64,000 nt of DNA. It comes from the human T2T-CHM13v2.0 reference genome, Homo sapiens. Below are positions 31,241 to 42,700 of the stretch, piece by piece. Under the pieces are notes generated by a model. The model made no database searches. It was not told the origin of the DNA and saw nothing but the letters and a program-made list of their open reading frames with translations. The position numbers and the translations under genes are program-made. The stretch's first letter is position 1, and each line of letters starts with the position of its first letter. The stretch lies in the NCBI RefSeq assembly GCF_009914755.1, contig NC_060941.1; one strand, written 5' to 3'.

Positions 31241-31620
31241 TTTGGTTTCCGAGTTTGGTGGGGGGTGGGTGGGGGCGGTGGGGAGGAAGCTGCGGGGACG
31301 GAGGAGGGGGGACCGCAATCTCCTGGGTTTCCCTCCTTCCCCCGCCCCAAAGTTTGCGGCGGATTCTAGGGTCTGATCCCCCAACCTGGTCCTTGAGGCT
31401 GAGGTTTTTACTGACCTAGAAGGAGATGTTGGGGGGCGGGGACCAGGTCCTGGCCCACCTCACCCCCCACCTCGCGGGTTGGAGGCACAACAAGGAGATT
31501 CCGGCGGCGGCTGATGTCAGGGGCGCAGAATGAGAACAAGATGTGGTGGAGGGGAGCTGTCTGCCCCCGGAGCTGGGAGTGGAGCCCCTTTCCGCTAGAG
31601 CCCAGTGCCGCGGGTGCCTC
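27860..31620. promoter_or_regulatory. CACNA1G: Large bipartite CpG island: upstream part (MINT31-type region, ~27860-28990) and CACNA1G promoter/exon 1 (~29380-31620)
   Basis: Very high CpG density; CCAAT boxes at 29568, 29575, 29612, 29746, 29784; GC boxes; EGR-like CGCCCCCAC at ~30062; MRE-like TGCGCTC at 29714. The MINT31 label is from prior knowledge. Confidence 0.85.
30596..30837 (+). CDS. CACNA1G: CACNA1G exon 1 coding part
   Basis: AGGATGG strong Kozak context; ends at U12 donor CCC|ATATCCTT. Confidence 0.95.
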
Positions 31621-33259
31621 CTACCCGATCTCCATTCGATGCAGGGTGCTTAAGATTGGGTTGGGGAGTTTTATGCTGGATTTTTCTTGTGGAGGGAAAG
31701 ACTGTGTCAAGAGCTTTTTTAGCAAGTGGGGGATGGGGTTAAGCTGGTCCAGGTTACTCCTCCCCTTTCACAAATAAAGAGTGCTCCTGCAGACCAGGTA
31801 TGGGGGACTGCAGGCCCGCGAAAGTCTTGAGGGGACAGTAATACTGTCAGTGTGTTCACTAAGGAGGACTCGGGTCCACCACCCCAGCGTAGACTCCGCA
31901 GATAGGTTTGGGGAATGCAAGCCCCACATTCCAGGGAGATGGATTTAGCACTGCTCCCTGTCTGCCCAGGCTGGAGTGGTAGGGGAGACCCCAGCCCAGT
32001 CAGACCCTAGCTCAAAGCGCCACTTGACAGACGCCTGGCCCCAAGCTCCCTGGCGGGTCCTGCCACCGGGGGAAGGAAAGGTGGAGGGGAGGTGTTGCTG
32101 CCATCTCAGGTCTGGACAGCTTCTCTGGGCTCCTTCCTTCCAGCTCAGAGGTTCTTATAGACCCAGGGTGGGAGACCCCAGGTCTCCCTTGTAGCCCCTG
32201 TGAGCCTAGCAGGGACTCTGCTTTGGGGAAGGGGGGTGGAAGGTTGGTGCCGCCCTCACTCTCTGCAGCTCTGCTGCCTCTAGTGCGCAAAGCAGGGATG
32301 AGCTTGTGGCCCCCCCACCCCCATCCTCTACACCTTGTGGGTCTTTAGGAAGCTCCCCTCATCACATCCTCTTCTCATCCACTGCCCCTTCTTCCTTTCT
32401 CTCTGAGCTGCAGAAAGAGAGGTGCAGGCCTCAGAGGTCTGTGTTCTTGCTGAATAGGCACAATCTTGAGGTTTGAGCCCCCAGCCCCAGGCCCCTTTCT
32501 CCCAGGCAGGGATGGAGATGGAGAACTGATATGGCTGGAAAGGATGGGTTCCGAGCAACTCTCCTCTCTGCCCCTAATCATTTACCCCTTCCACGAATGG
32601 GAAAAAGCATCAACCTCTATGTCCTCCTTCTCAAGGGTCCCAGGGGAGGTAGAGAGAGCTCTTCTCTCCCCTCTCCCTGAAAACAGACCTCTAGGCTAGC
32701 ATCTCTTCTCGCCTGCCCTATCTCCAGGTGCTAGTGGAGGGTCTGGAGGCAGACTCCTTCACTGAGTGGTCTGGACGGGGGCAAGTGTTGAGGCCTGGCA
32801 TGGGGGAGGAGAGGTGGGAGGACAGCACTCACCTTGGGAGTTGGGGAGCAGCTTCCCCCAGGGGAGTGGTAGTTGGGTGTGTGGCATCAGCATTACTAGG
32901 TCTGGAGAAGCCTGGGTTGGCTGAGGATGGGTTGAGAACAATTTTTTGGCAGGGGACTGCCTAAGCTGTGCCCCTCACCACTGCCATCCTACCCAAGTAC
33001 CAAGAGACACCTGTATTTTTGCTGCCAGAGGGGCTCTGAACTGCCTCCAGGGCCTCCCTCTTTCTCTTTGTGGTATCTGTGACTCCCCACAGGCTTCAGG
33101 AGGGTCCCTGTACGCCTCTGAGCCGGAGGGACATAAGGACACTCCCCTCCACCCCCAACTAACTGAAGCTAGTTAGGCTTTTCTTGGTACATTCTGCTTC
33201 TTGGCCTCTCCTTTTTAAGGGACCAGGTTTCCTAGAGAGGAGATCTAGACCCAGGTAGG

Positions 33260-33296
<37 letters not shown>

Positions 33297-36200
33297 GCAA
33301 GGGAGGACAGCAAAAGGCTCAGAAGTGCAAGCTTTGGTGTGGAGAGCAGGGGTACTGGCAGACAGTCACCCCTGCCTCAGATCAGAGGGGAGCATGCTGG
33401 CCTTTCCAGTATGTGTTCCTGCAAGTGTGAGGGAGCGCGCTCCCCTCTCGGGGAGGAGTTCCTCCGCATTCCCTCTCTGGCTGTTGTGTCACATCTGGAA
33501 GTTTGTGTAGGAGTTTCTCCAAGCTCAGAGCCCAGCACAGCTTTTTCTCATTTGGAAATCACAGGCTGGCATTTGGGATGCCGAGAGAGGGGGAGTGGGA
33601 GGGGGGCCAGAGGGGGAGAGGGGAGCCTGCCAGGAGTCGGGGGAGGAGAGGGGGGGGAGGCCTGAACGGCAGGAGCCCTAATGGCTTCCAGAAGTGAGTG
33701 TGAGTGAGTGACTGTGCGTCACTCTGTGTGTCTGAGTGTGTCCCTCTAGAGGGGTGGGGGCACAGGAGTTTCTGGAGCCTTCCTTGCCACACTGTCCCAA
33801 TGCCCCAAGTCTGCCTATTTCTCTTACCTAGGGAGAATTCTCCATTTCTGTCCTCAGAGGAAATGGTGGGGGGAGTGTTCTTCCTGTCTCTTCATCAATT
33901 CCCTCCTCCAATTTAATTTCCAAACCCTAAGCTCACCAGAGGAGATTCTGGGGAGAAGGGCTGGGGCTGGAGAATTGAATGGGATTGAGGGGGGGCCAGA
34001 TCACCCCTTGGCATGCTTTCTGCCCCAGGCCCACTTTCCTTCTGGGTCACACACACATTCCTTCCCACCCGCTCTGCTCCACCGCTCTGCTGGGGGACTC
34101 CCCATCACCCGTAGTGCCAGTTGGAGCCATTCCTGGGATTACCCCCACCACACAGCCCCCCCCACCCTCGCCTGCTCCCGCCCAGCACTCACCCCGCCCT
34201 GCCTGCCTCAGCCAGGATGGCGACAGACACAACTGCTCACACGCAGACATGCGCACGCGCGCGCACACACACACGCGCACACACACACACAGAGTCACAG
34301 ACGTTTGAATCAGATTTCTGGCCTATTTCCCCTTCCAAAGATTCCAGCGGGCCGTCTCTCTTGTGTCTCTGTGTCTCATGTCTCTGTCTCTGGGTGGAGC
34401 CGGCTGCCTTTCTGTGAGCTTCAGTTTTCAATTCAGCTGGAAGCCTCTCTCCCCCTACACCCACGCACTGAAGCGTGGTGAGGGGGGAACCACAGGGAAA
34501 TAGGCTTGTGGGGTGGGGGGGGGGGGTTCTGCTGGGGGAATCCCCCTTTGAGCTTTGGAGCAGGGCGGAGCCCCTACATCCCATGTTACCCTAGGGGTTG
34601 CCGAATCCGATAGACACCAGGAGCCTCTCTGTGGGATGGGTGAGGCAAGGACCTATCCCCCTACCTCCTCATTTACTAGAAGGCCAGGACTCCTGGGTCC
34701 AGGCCCATTTTCTCCTCCACGTTCCTTAGTCTCACATTTCCAGGCTCCTAGGTGGGAATGGGGCCGCTGGAGGGCCTGCTTGCCTTCTCAGCTCATGCCC
34801 AGAGCCCCTGTGCCCCTAGAGGTGTCCCAGCCACCCCCCTCCTCTCCCTACTTTCCTCACCCTTGCGGCTGCCAGGCTAAGCAAGGGCTCTATCTAGATA
34901 AAGCCCCACACAGAGGACTCATTTGTGGAGATAACATGCTCTAGTTCTCTCTCCCAGGAGGGAGGAAAGGAGGAGGGATGGAAGTGGGGTTCCTCTCTCT
35001 GCCGTTTCCTTTTTCTCTGCTTTTGATGGTGGGTTGTGGGGAGAAGAAAGATCCTCCCCTCTCCTACCCCCTCTTTGGGATCCACTCCAGCCCGGACAGT
35101 CACCATAGCAACAGTAGACATGTGACTGCACAGGTCTCTCATAGTCACTATGGCAACCAGTGTCCCCCGTTCCCTTGGTTACCATGGGGATCTGTCACAT
35201 GGTTTTCCCCCAACCTGATAACCTGTGGGTCTCCCTGATTCTCCTCCCCTGCATAAGGACAAGACAACAGCCTCAGTCAGGGGAGATCATGTGAGAGGGG
35301 TCTTTTTAATTACCATGACAACAAATCCACACCACCTGGTGACACATCCTCCTGTCGTTATGGCAACAGAAGAACATCACACAGTGACATACTGCCATGT
35401 TCCCAAGGAAACAAGCCCTACTCTGAGAAGGGTGAAAGACCCCCCCCCCATTAATTATTCCTCTATTCAGAGTGTCCCAAATTGTCATGTGCCTTGGTCT
35501 CTTCCCTGTCCGTTTATGCTTACGTGTCGTGGAAGGAGAGCTGTACAGGGTGGGCAGGATGTTACTTGGAAGTAGGCTGAATTGCCAAGGGACCCTTAAG
35601 AAGGGGCTGACATGATCAAGAGCTGTGCATGAGGTTATTCGGGGGCAGGCTTTGCCTGTAAGAGGCCTCCAGTCTGAGCCTGGGTAAGGTGGGGACAGAA
35701 AGAGGGGCAACTCCTCTGTGAGGTCACTTCTGTACCTTCCCCCAGTTATAAGCAGTTCACCTCTGTCAAGGGAAACAAGGCAGGAAGACCTGAATGGGGA
35801 CACACATCTGGCTTCTAGGCAGGGAGACTTATTGATTGGTTGATTCGTTCATTCATTCATTCAGTCTTCCCAGGTATTGATCATCTGCTCCGTGCCAGGC
35901 ACTACAGCAAGCTCCGTAGGGGATCTAAAGACGTATCAGAATGCCCCTGCCTGTCAGGAGCCCCAGCTCAGCAGGGGAGGTCGACAAGTGCACAGATTAC
36001 TAACACGGTGGAACTCTGCCATTAGAGGGGTCCAAGCAGATGTCCTGGGAGCCCCTCTTCCTCAGAGATCTACTGCGTCCACACAGAGACATTCACTCAC
36101 TGGGGCTCCTTCCAGACCCCCCTTTCCCTGCAGAGGAGAGGAGGGGACCTGCATGGGGAAAGCAGACCAGTTCTTGAGGGTAACTGTGTCTTTCCCTTTC

Positions 36201-38114
36201 CAAATGATGGCTCCCTTCCTGTCCCCCTTTTTCCAGGGTGACCCCTGGCTGACCCCCATTCTGGGGAGAGATCCACTGCACTCCGGCTCTACTCAGAAAA
36301 ACAATTCCATGGAAACAGAGCACTTTTTATTTCCTCCCTGTCATCTGCCTACCCCCAAAAACCTAGAACTTTTTTCTTAAACCCTCTTATTCTTGTGAGG
36401 GGGTGGGGGTTAGGGAAACTGCAGTGCATTAGGACTCTCGGGGTACCACGGACAGGTGGCGAGCAGGCATGTGAGTCTAGGGGAGAAGGGCCTGGGTGGT
36501 GGAGAAGAGACAGGGGAGGGCTGTCAGGGGTTTGAGGGATTCATGGGCTATGGGGGAGGGCATGTGGCTTGGGAGTCAGAACAGAGATGGGCTATGGCTG
36601 GGACCAGCTGGGAGGAAGGTCCATAGGTTCCTGAACATTCCTGCTGGCCTCTTCATGCCTGACCAAAGCCTTCTCATTCCAGAAGCAAGATTCCACCTGC
36701 TCTGGGCCCTACAGAGTCTGGCTTGGTGGGTCATGCCAGGAGCTGCCACAATACCTCCCCCATCCCCATTCCCCAGGGGGTCTCTGGTCTCCTTTCCCCA
36801 ATCTCCTGCTCTCTGATCTTTTCTAGCCTCTTTACTCTTCCCCACCCTTCTCATATTTTCCTTAAAGAAAATAGGATACTTGGTCATTTAACCGTGAGTC
36901 CAGTGCCTGGAACCTTCTAAGGTCCGGAGGCCGTTTTGTACATTCTCCTGCTGATGGGCTGGAAATGAGTCACTCCATAGAATCCACTGTATGGAAAGAC
37001 CCAGGGTTTAGAAAGAACCCCTCTCTCCTGCTTGCTGTTTTGGCTGGTCTGGGCTGGAAGCCACAAGCAGGTGTGATGGCGGCAATGGCCTCTTGGGGGA
37101 GGGGGTAGACATTGTCCACTCTGCACGGCTTGGGAGCTATGCCCAGCATGGTGCCTGACACATAATGGGTCCTCAATATTTAAATGTGTGAATATGCCTA
37201 GTGGTCATTTGAGGGTGTTGAGAGGTTGGGAGGCTGGTGGTGGAAGAGGGAGCCCCGGGCTCTGGTGCTGTAGCAGGGGGGACTGCAGCTGTGGACGTCT
37301 GCCTTACACCTAGTGCCAGGGCGGTCATGACAGGCAGTTCTGCCTGCCTGAGCAGCTATGGTGTGCAGAGGAAACTATCATAGATCAGGAGCTTGGAAAC
37401 CACCGTCTCATCCTGCCTTCTCGGGTGACCTTCAGCACATGACTTCGGCATTTCTGGGCCTCAACTTCCTCGAGTTCTGGGGAAGAAAATGATCTACCCC
37501 AGATATTTCACAGGGCTGTTGTGAGCATCAACTGTGGCATTGTGTGAAAGTGCTTGGTAAACTGTAAGGCAGGCATAATCCGACTTTAGGTTTGTATAAC
37601 ACATTCACATACAGTATCTCATTTGCTTCTCACATCTACCCTGTGAGGTAGGGAGAATAGGATTCAGATTCTGCAGCAAACTCATGGTGTCTGGCATTTC
37701 CACAGGCATGATCGATTTATTCCCCAAATGGCTTGTGCAAATAGTCAGGGTATTTGTGGCTTGTCTTCCTTTACAGATGAGGAAGCTGGGTCCAGAGAGG
37801 TGAGATGACCAAGGTGGGACTCCCCTTCTCTGATGAGGAGTCTGGGGCTGGGGGCTGGTCTGCGTGTATGTCAGGGCCCTGGCACCACACCTGCTTAGCC
37901 TCAGATGGAGCCAGGAGGTAAACGAGGAGGAGGTGTTAGGGCGGGGTCGGGGGGCCGGCCTCAGCTCCAGCCTTGGCCAGCTGTTTCCTTGACTGCCAGT
38001 ACCTGGTTTGAGCGCATCAGCATGTTGGTCATCCTTCTCAACTGCGTGACCCTGGGCATGTTCCGGCCATGCGAGGACATCGCCTGTGACTCCCAGCGCT
38101 GCCGGATCCTGCAG

Positions 38115-38159
<45 letters not shown>

Positions 38160-39699
38160 GTGTGTGTGTTGGGGGTTGGCCCCTCTTAATCTTAATACCC
38201 TCTACTCCTCTGCAAGAGGCCCTGACCCAACTGGTGGGGACTAGGGTGGGACTAGAGGGTATTCCCTCACCCACGTCTCAGTTTCAGCCACCTCTTGTCC
38301 CCACATCAGGCCTTTGATGACTTCATCTTTGCCTTCTTTGCCGTGGAGATGGTGGTGAAGATGGTGGCCTTGGGCATCTTTGGGAAAAAGTGTTACCTGG
38401 GAGACACTTGGAACCGGCTTGACTTTTTCATCGTCATCGCAGGGTGAGGACCTGGGCTGGGGTGGGAGAGCAATGGATCAGATCGGTCCCTTCCCCGGGG
38501 CCAGGGTTCTGGGCCTGTGACCTCTCAGCTCCAGCCCAGTTACAGCACCACTTTCTCCCTGGCTATCTCCTGAGGGTCTGAGGCTGCCCTGCCTCTAGCA
38601 CTGTAGCCTATATTCTAAATTCCAAGGCCCTATTCCTAATTCTGCCCCCTTCTCTGATGGGCAATCTGTCCTTGTCTCGGGGTAGCCTTGCCCCCCAGAC
38701 AGAGAGCCGGATCTTCAGGGTCCCTTGGTGAAGAAGAAGAAGGAGTCAGAGGTCATCCTGCTGCCCCTAAAGCAGGATTCCTCATTGACCTCTTGTGACC
38801 CCACTGTGGCCTCAGACTCAAAGGGCCTCCCTTTGGGCCCCTCCCTGCAGGATGCTGGAGTACTCGCTGGACCTGCAGAACGTCAGCTTCTCAGCTGTCA
38901 GGACAGTCCGTGTGCTGCGACCGCTCAGGGCCATTAACCGGGTGCCCAGTGAGTGACCCCTCAGCCCTCAGCCCCTGAAGAGAGCCCCAGGAGGAAATGT
39001 GGAACTCTCAGACCCCACCTCTACTACTGTGTCCTCACCTGACCCCTCACAGGCCCCGTCAGAGAAGGGCTCAGTGGGGAGCTGGGATTGCTGGAACAAA
39101 ATGGAACTCCTGAATGTGGCACTATGGGAGTTACCTGGGAAAACCCCACCTCATTTTAGCCTGGCTTTAGGTCAGAGTCTCAGAAACATCTCAGATGACC
39201 CTCTTCCTTCAGCTAGATGACCACTCCCCCCAGGAGGATAGGGGTGTGGGGACTGGAGAGGCTGACAGGCAAGGAGTGGACGCAAAGTGCTAATGGCCTT
39301 TTCTAGCCAGAACAGCCTCTCATGCAATCTGGTTCTTGCTGGTGAGACACGCTGGCCACGCTGAACGTGACTTCTCTCAAGACAAGGCCACTCCATGTCT
39401 CACCCTCCGCCTCTGTCCCCTTCCTCCTTCCCGCCCCCTTCCAACCCATTGCAGTAACTGCCGGGCCCATTATCTAAATTAAACTGCATTGGTTTCTGGA
39501 GCCAGCGAGGCTTTGGCAGCTCTAGTTCTCCCTACATACTGCCCCCTCCCTTTGCTCAGGCCCCCTTTGCAACTCCCCAACCTACACAAGCTGCAGATGG
39601 TCCCTGCTGTGGTCCTAGGAGTGGGGTGGTTGGCGAGGAATGCATGTTTCTGGGGCTCAGTGCCTGTTTGTGTACCTGATGTAGCAGCAGCCCCCTGCG

Positions 39700-39753
<54 letters not shown>

Positions 39754-42700
39754 TGTTGCTGCTGCCCCTGGGAGGGCAGAGCTGTTAAATGTGTCCTCTG
39801 GGGCTCGGGGTGTGTTGGTGTTAACAGGAGCTCCAGAAGAGGGGCATGCCTCGCCTCCTCTCCCGCCCCAGGTGATGGCTGGCAGATTTATAGGCCTCTG
39901 TCTAACCACCGGTGTAATTCCCTTAATGCAAACCCTGAGGAATTGATCTCAGTTGGAGCACAGAGAAGCTGAAGGGGGATGGGGTAGGAGGAGGGGGAGG
40001 GAGACTGAGTGAGAAAACTGGGCTGGCAGGGGCGAGGCTGGGCGCTGCAGTCACCAAGAGGGTTAATTAGCTGCTGCTTAGCAGCTTTTGCCCTGGAGGG
40101 GCCAGGGGGCCATAGATGGCACTTTGGGGGTGAAGCCAGCCATTAGAGATCTGTCTGCTTGACGAGGGCTTGGCGGACTGGGGGCTGGTTCAGACCATTT
40201 GGGCCGGTTGGGTTCTAGACCTGGAGTACGGAGAGAGGGAAGTAACCCTAACAGGGCTTTTGAGGAGGGGGTTTCAGTGGCTTTCCCTATGGAGGGGGTT
40301 GTAAATTGATGGACTTCTGAGAAGACAGTATTGTATCTCTTCAGGTCCTGATTTGGGGATCTGGACCAAGCAGGGAATAGTTTCAGGGAAGCAGGGCTCA
40401 GAGCCATAGTGAAGCACAGGGCATCTTGGCCCCTGCCTAGGAGCTGGCTCTCAAAATGAGATTCCTGCCTGCTGTCATTCCTCCTGGAGTTCGCTGCCTC
40501 AGTTTCCCTAATGACTCTGGTGGTGATAACTTAGAAAGGTCAAGTGACTGTGCCTGTTGAGAGAAGGAAGTAGGTAGGGAGTGTGCGTGTGAATGTGTGC
40601 GGGTGTGGGTGTGTGTTGGAGAGGGATTCGGAAGCCAAAGCCTGGGTTCGAGTTCCGGCACCTACACTTAGCAGCTGTGTGATACTGGGTGAGTCAAGTC
40701 ATTTCTCCAAGCCTCAGACTTCTCATCTGTGAATTGGGAGTGATATTATCCACATGTGATGATGTTGGGAGAGTTAGGAGGGGCCACAGTTTCCCCAGCT
40801 CACTGTTGGTGGTACTGTGCAGATTACCGTGGGCAAGCCACAAGGGGAAGTGGGTCGGGGCAAGGGGCTGCAGAGGCTATCTGGGGAGTCAGAGGTGTCT
40901 GTTGGTCTCCCCTCCAGCTTGAGCCGGGCCGTCTCAGCCTCAGAGTCCCTGGTGGGGCCCCTCCGGGAGTGCTGCCGGGCCGTGGCAGTCAGCCTAGCCC
41001 GGCCAGCCTGGTGTCCCCAGCGTGGCTTCTGCCCCCACAGGCATGCGCATCCTTGTCACGTTGCTGCTGGATACGCTGCCCATGCTGGGCAACGTCCTGC
41101 TGCTCTGCTTCTTCGTCTTCTTCATCTTCGGCATCGTCGGCGTCCAGCTGTGGGCAGGGCTGCTTCGGAACCGATGCTTCCTACCTGAGAATTTCAGCCT
41201 GTGAGTGGTGGACAGGGTCCAGGGAGGACCTGGGAGTGGTTATGGGGCTGGGCACCCCCCCAAGTTCCTCACTTCCGGTTGCTACTGACATATCTGTTCT
41301 AACATCTGAGACATATCTGGTTCTCAAACTTGGCTACCCATTGGAACCACCTGGGGAGTTTTAAAAAGTACTGATGCCTGGGTGCCACCTCCAGAGATTC
41401 TGATTTCATTGCTCTGGGGCTCAGCTTGGATGTAAGGATTTTTTCAACCCCTCCAGTGATCCTAACTTGCAGTGAAATTTGAAAATCACTATTCCAGGAT
41501 GTGACCTTCCAACATCCTGAGTCTGGAGTTTCCCCACTCAGGCCTCATGCTCCTGGTGCCCACAAATCCCTGCCCTGCGCAGTCCCTTCCCCATTCTTGG
41601 TTCTGCCCTGCTCACCCTATATGCCTCGAGCACTCGTGCCATCTCTCCCTTCCTGGGCCCTCTCCCTGGAGAGCCCACTCCCCAGTCTCACCCCTGTTCC
41701 CCTTCCCATCCTGCAGCCCCCTGAGCGTGGACCTGGAGCGCTATTACCAGACAGAGAACGAGGATGAGAGCCCCTTCATCTGCTCCCAGCCACGCGAGAA
41801 CGGCATGCGGTCCTGCAGAAGCGTGCCCACGCTGCGCGGGGACGGGGGCGGTGGCCCACCTTGCGGTCTGGACTATGAGGCCTACAACAGCTCCAGCAAC
41901 ACCACCTGTGTCAACTGGAACCAGTACTACACCAACTGCTCAGCGGGGGAGCACAACCCCTTCAAGGGCGCCATCAACTTTGACAACATTGGCTATGCCT
42001 GGATCGCCATCTTCCAGGTGGGGCAGCCTGGGCCCCGGGAGCTTCCCCAGAACACCAGCCCCAGGACACAGCCCAGGATCGGAGTGGTCGCTCTCAGGGT
42101 TGGGGTGGGGGTCAAGGCCTCTGGAGGAGACTGAAGGAGGATTTGGTGGGCCCATAGTCAGCCTGCCCCTCTGCACCCCCTAGGTCATCACGCTGGAGGG
42201 CTGGGTCGACATCATGTACTTTGTGATGGATGCTCATTCCTTCTACAATTTCATCTACTTCATCCTCCTCATCATCGTGAGTGACTCCTCAGATCCCCGT
42301 GGGGATGGGCGATCCTGGGGACACCTGTGGGGGCAGTCCAGAGAGGGGATAGTTTGCTCTGTCTGAAGTTTTTAGCTCTCAGGACAAGTCCTGTAGAGAG
42401 GGCATCCATCATATAGTAGGAGGGACACCAGATGCAGAGTCAGGAGGAAATCCAAGGTCAAGGCGGGACTTAACTGCTATTGGGACCTTGGGCAAGTCAT
42501 TCTCCATGAGGCCTCCAGCACTGCTCTGGGCCTCTGTTTCTTCATGGGTAAAATGAATGGTTCTCAACCTGAGATGATACCACCTCTCCCAGAGGGCATT
42601 TGGAAATGGGAAAGGGTGATTCTGGTTTTGATTTTTTTTAATAGCTTTATTGAGACATAACTCACATATCATTCAATTCATCCCTTTGAATGAATCCAGT

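Larger units (their letters stand above)
30838..38002 (+). other. CACNA1G: U12-type (minor spliceosome) AT-AC intron 1 of CACNA1G
   Basis: 5'ss ATATCCTT at 30838; branch site TTCCTTGAC at 37985-37993; 3'ss TAC at 38000-38002; splicing gives VCNP-WFER in frame. Confidence 0.93.

Noticed and set aside
29315-31384. Several 130-256-aa ORFs on both strands in the CpG island, including a poly-Ala-like (GCN)n stretch at ~29930-29970
   Set aside because: Stop-codon depletion in very GC-rich DNA; the repeat is short and interrupted; no coding evidence.
36439-36459. RE1-like ACCACGGACAG in CACNA1G intron 1
   Set aside because: The core matches but the left TCAGC and right CGCC flanks do not; too weak without ChIP data.
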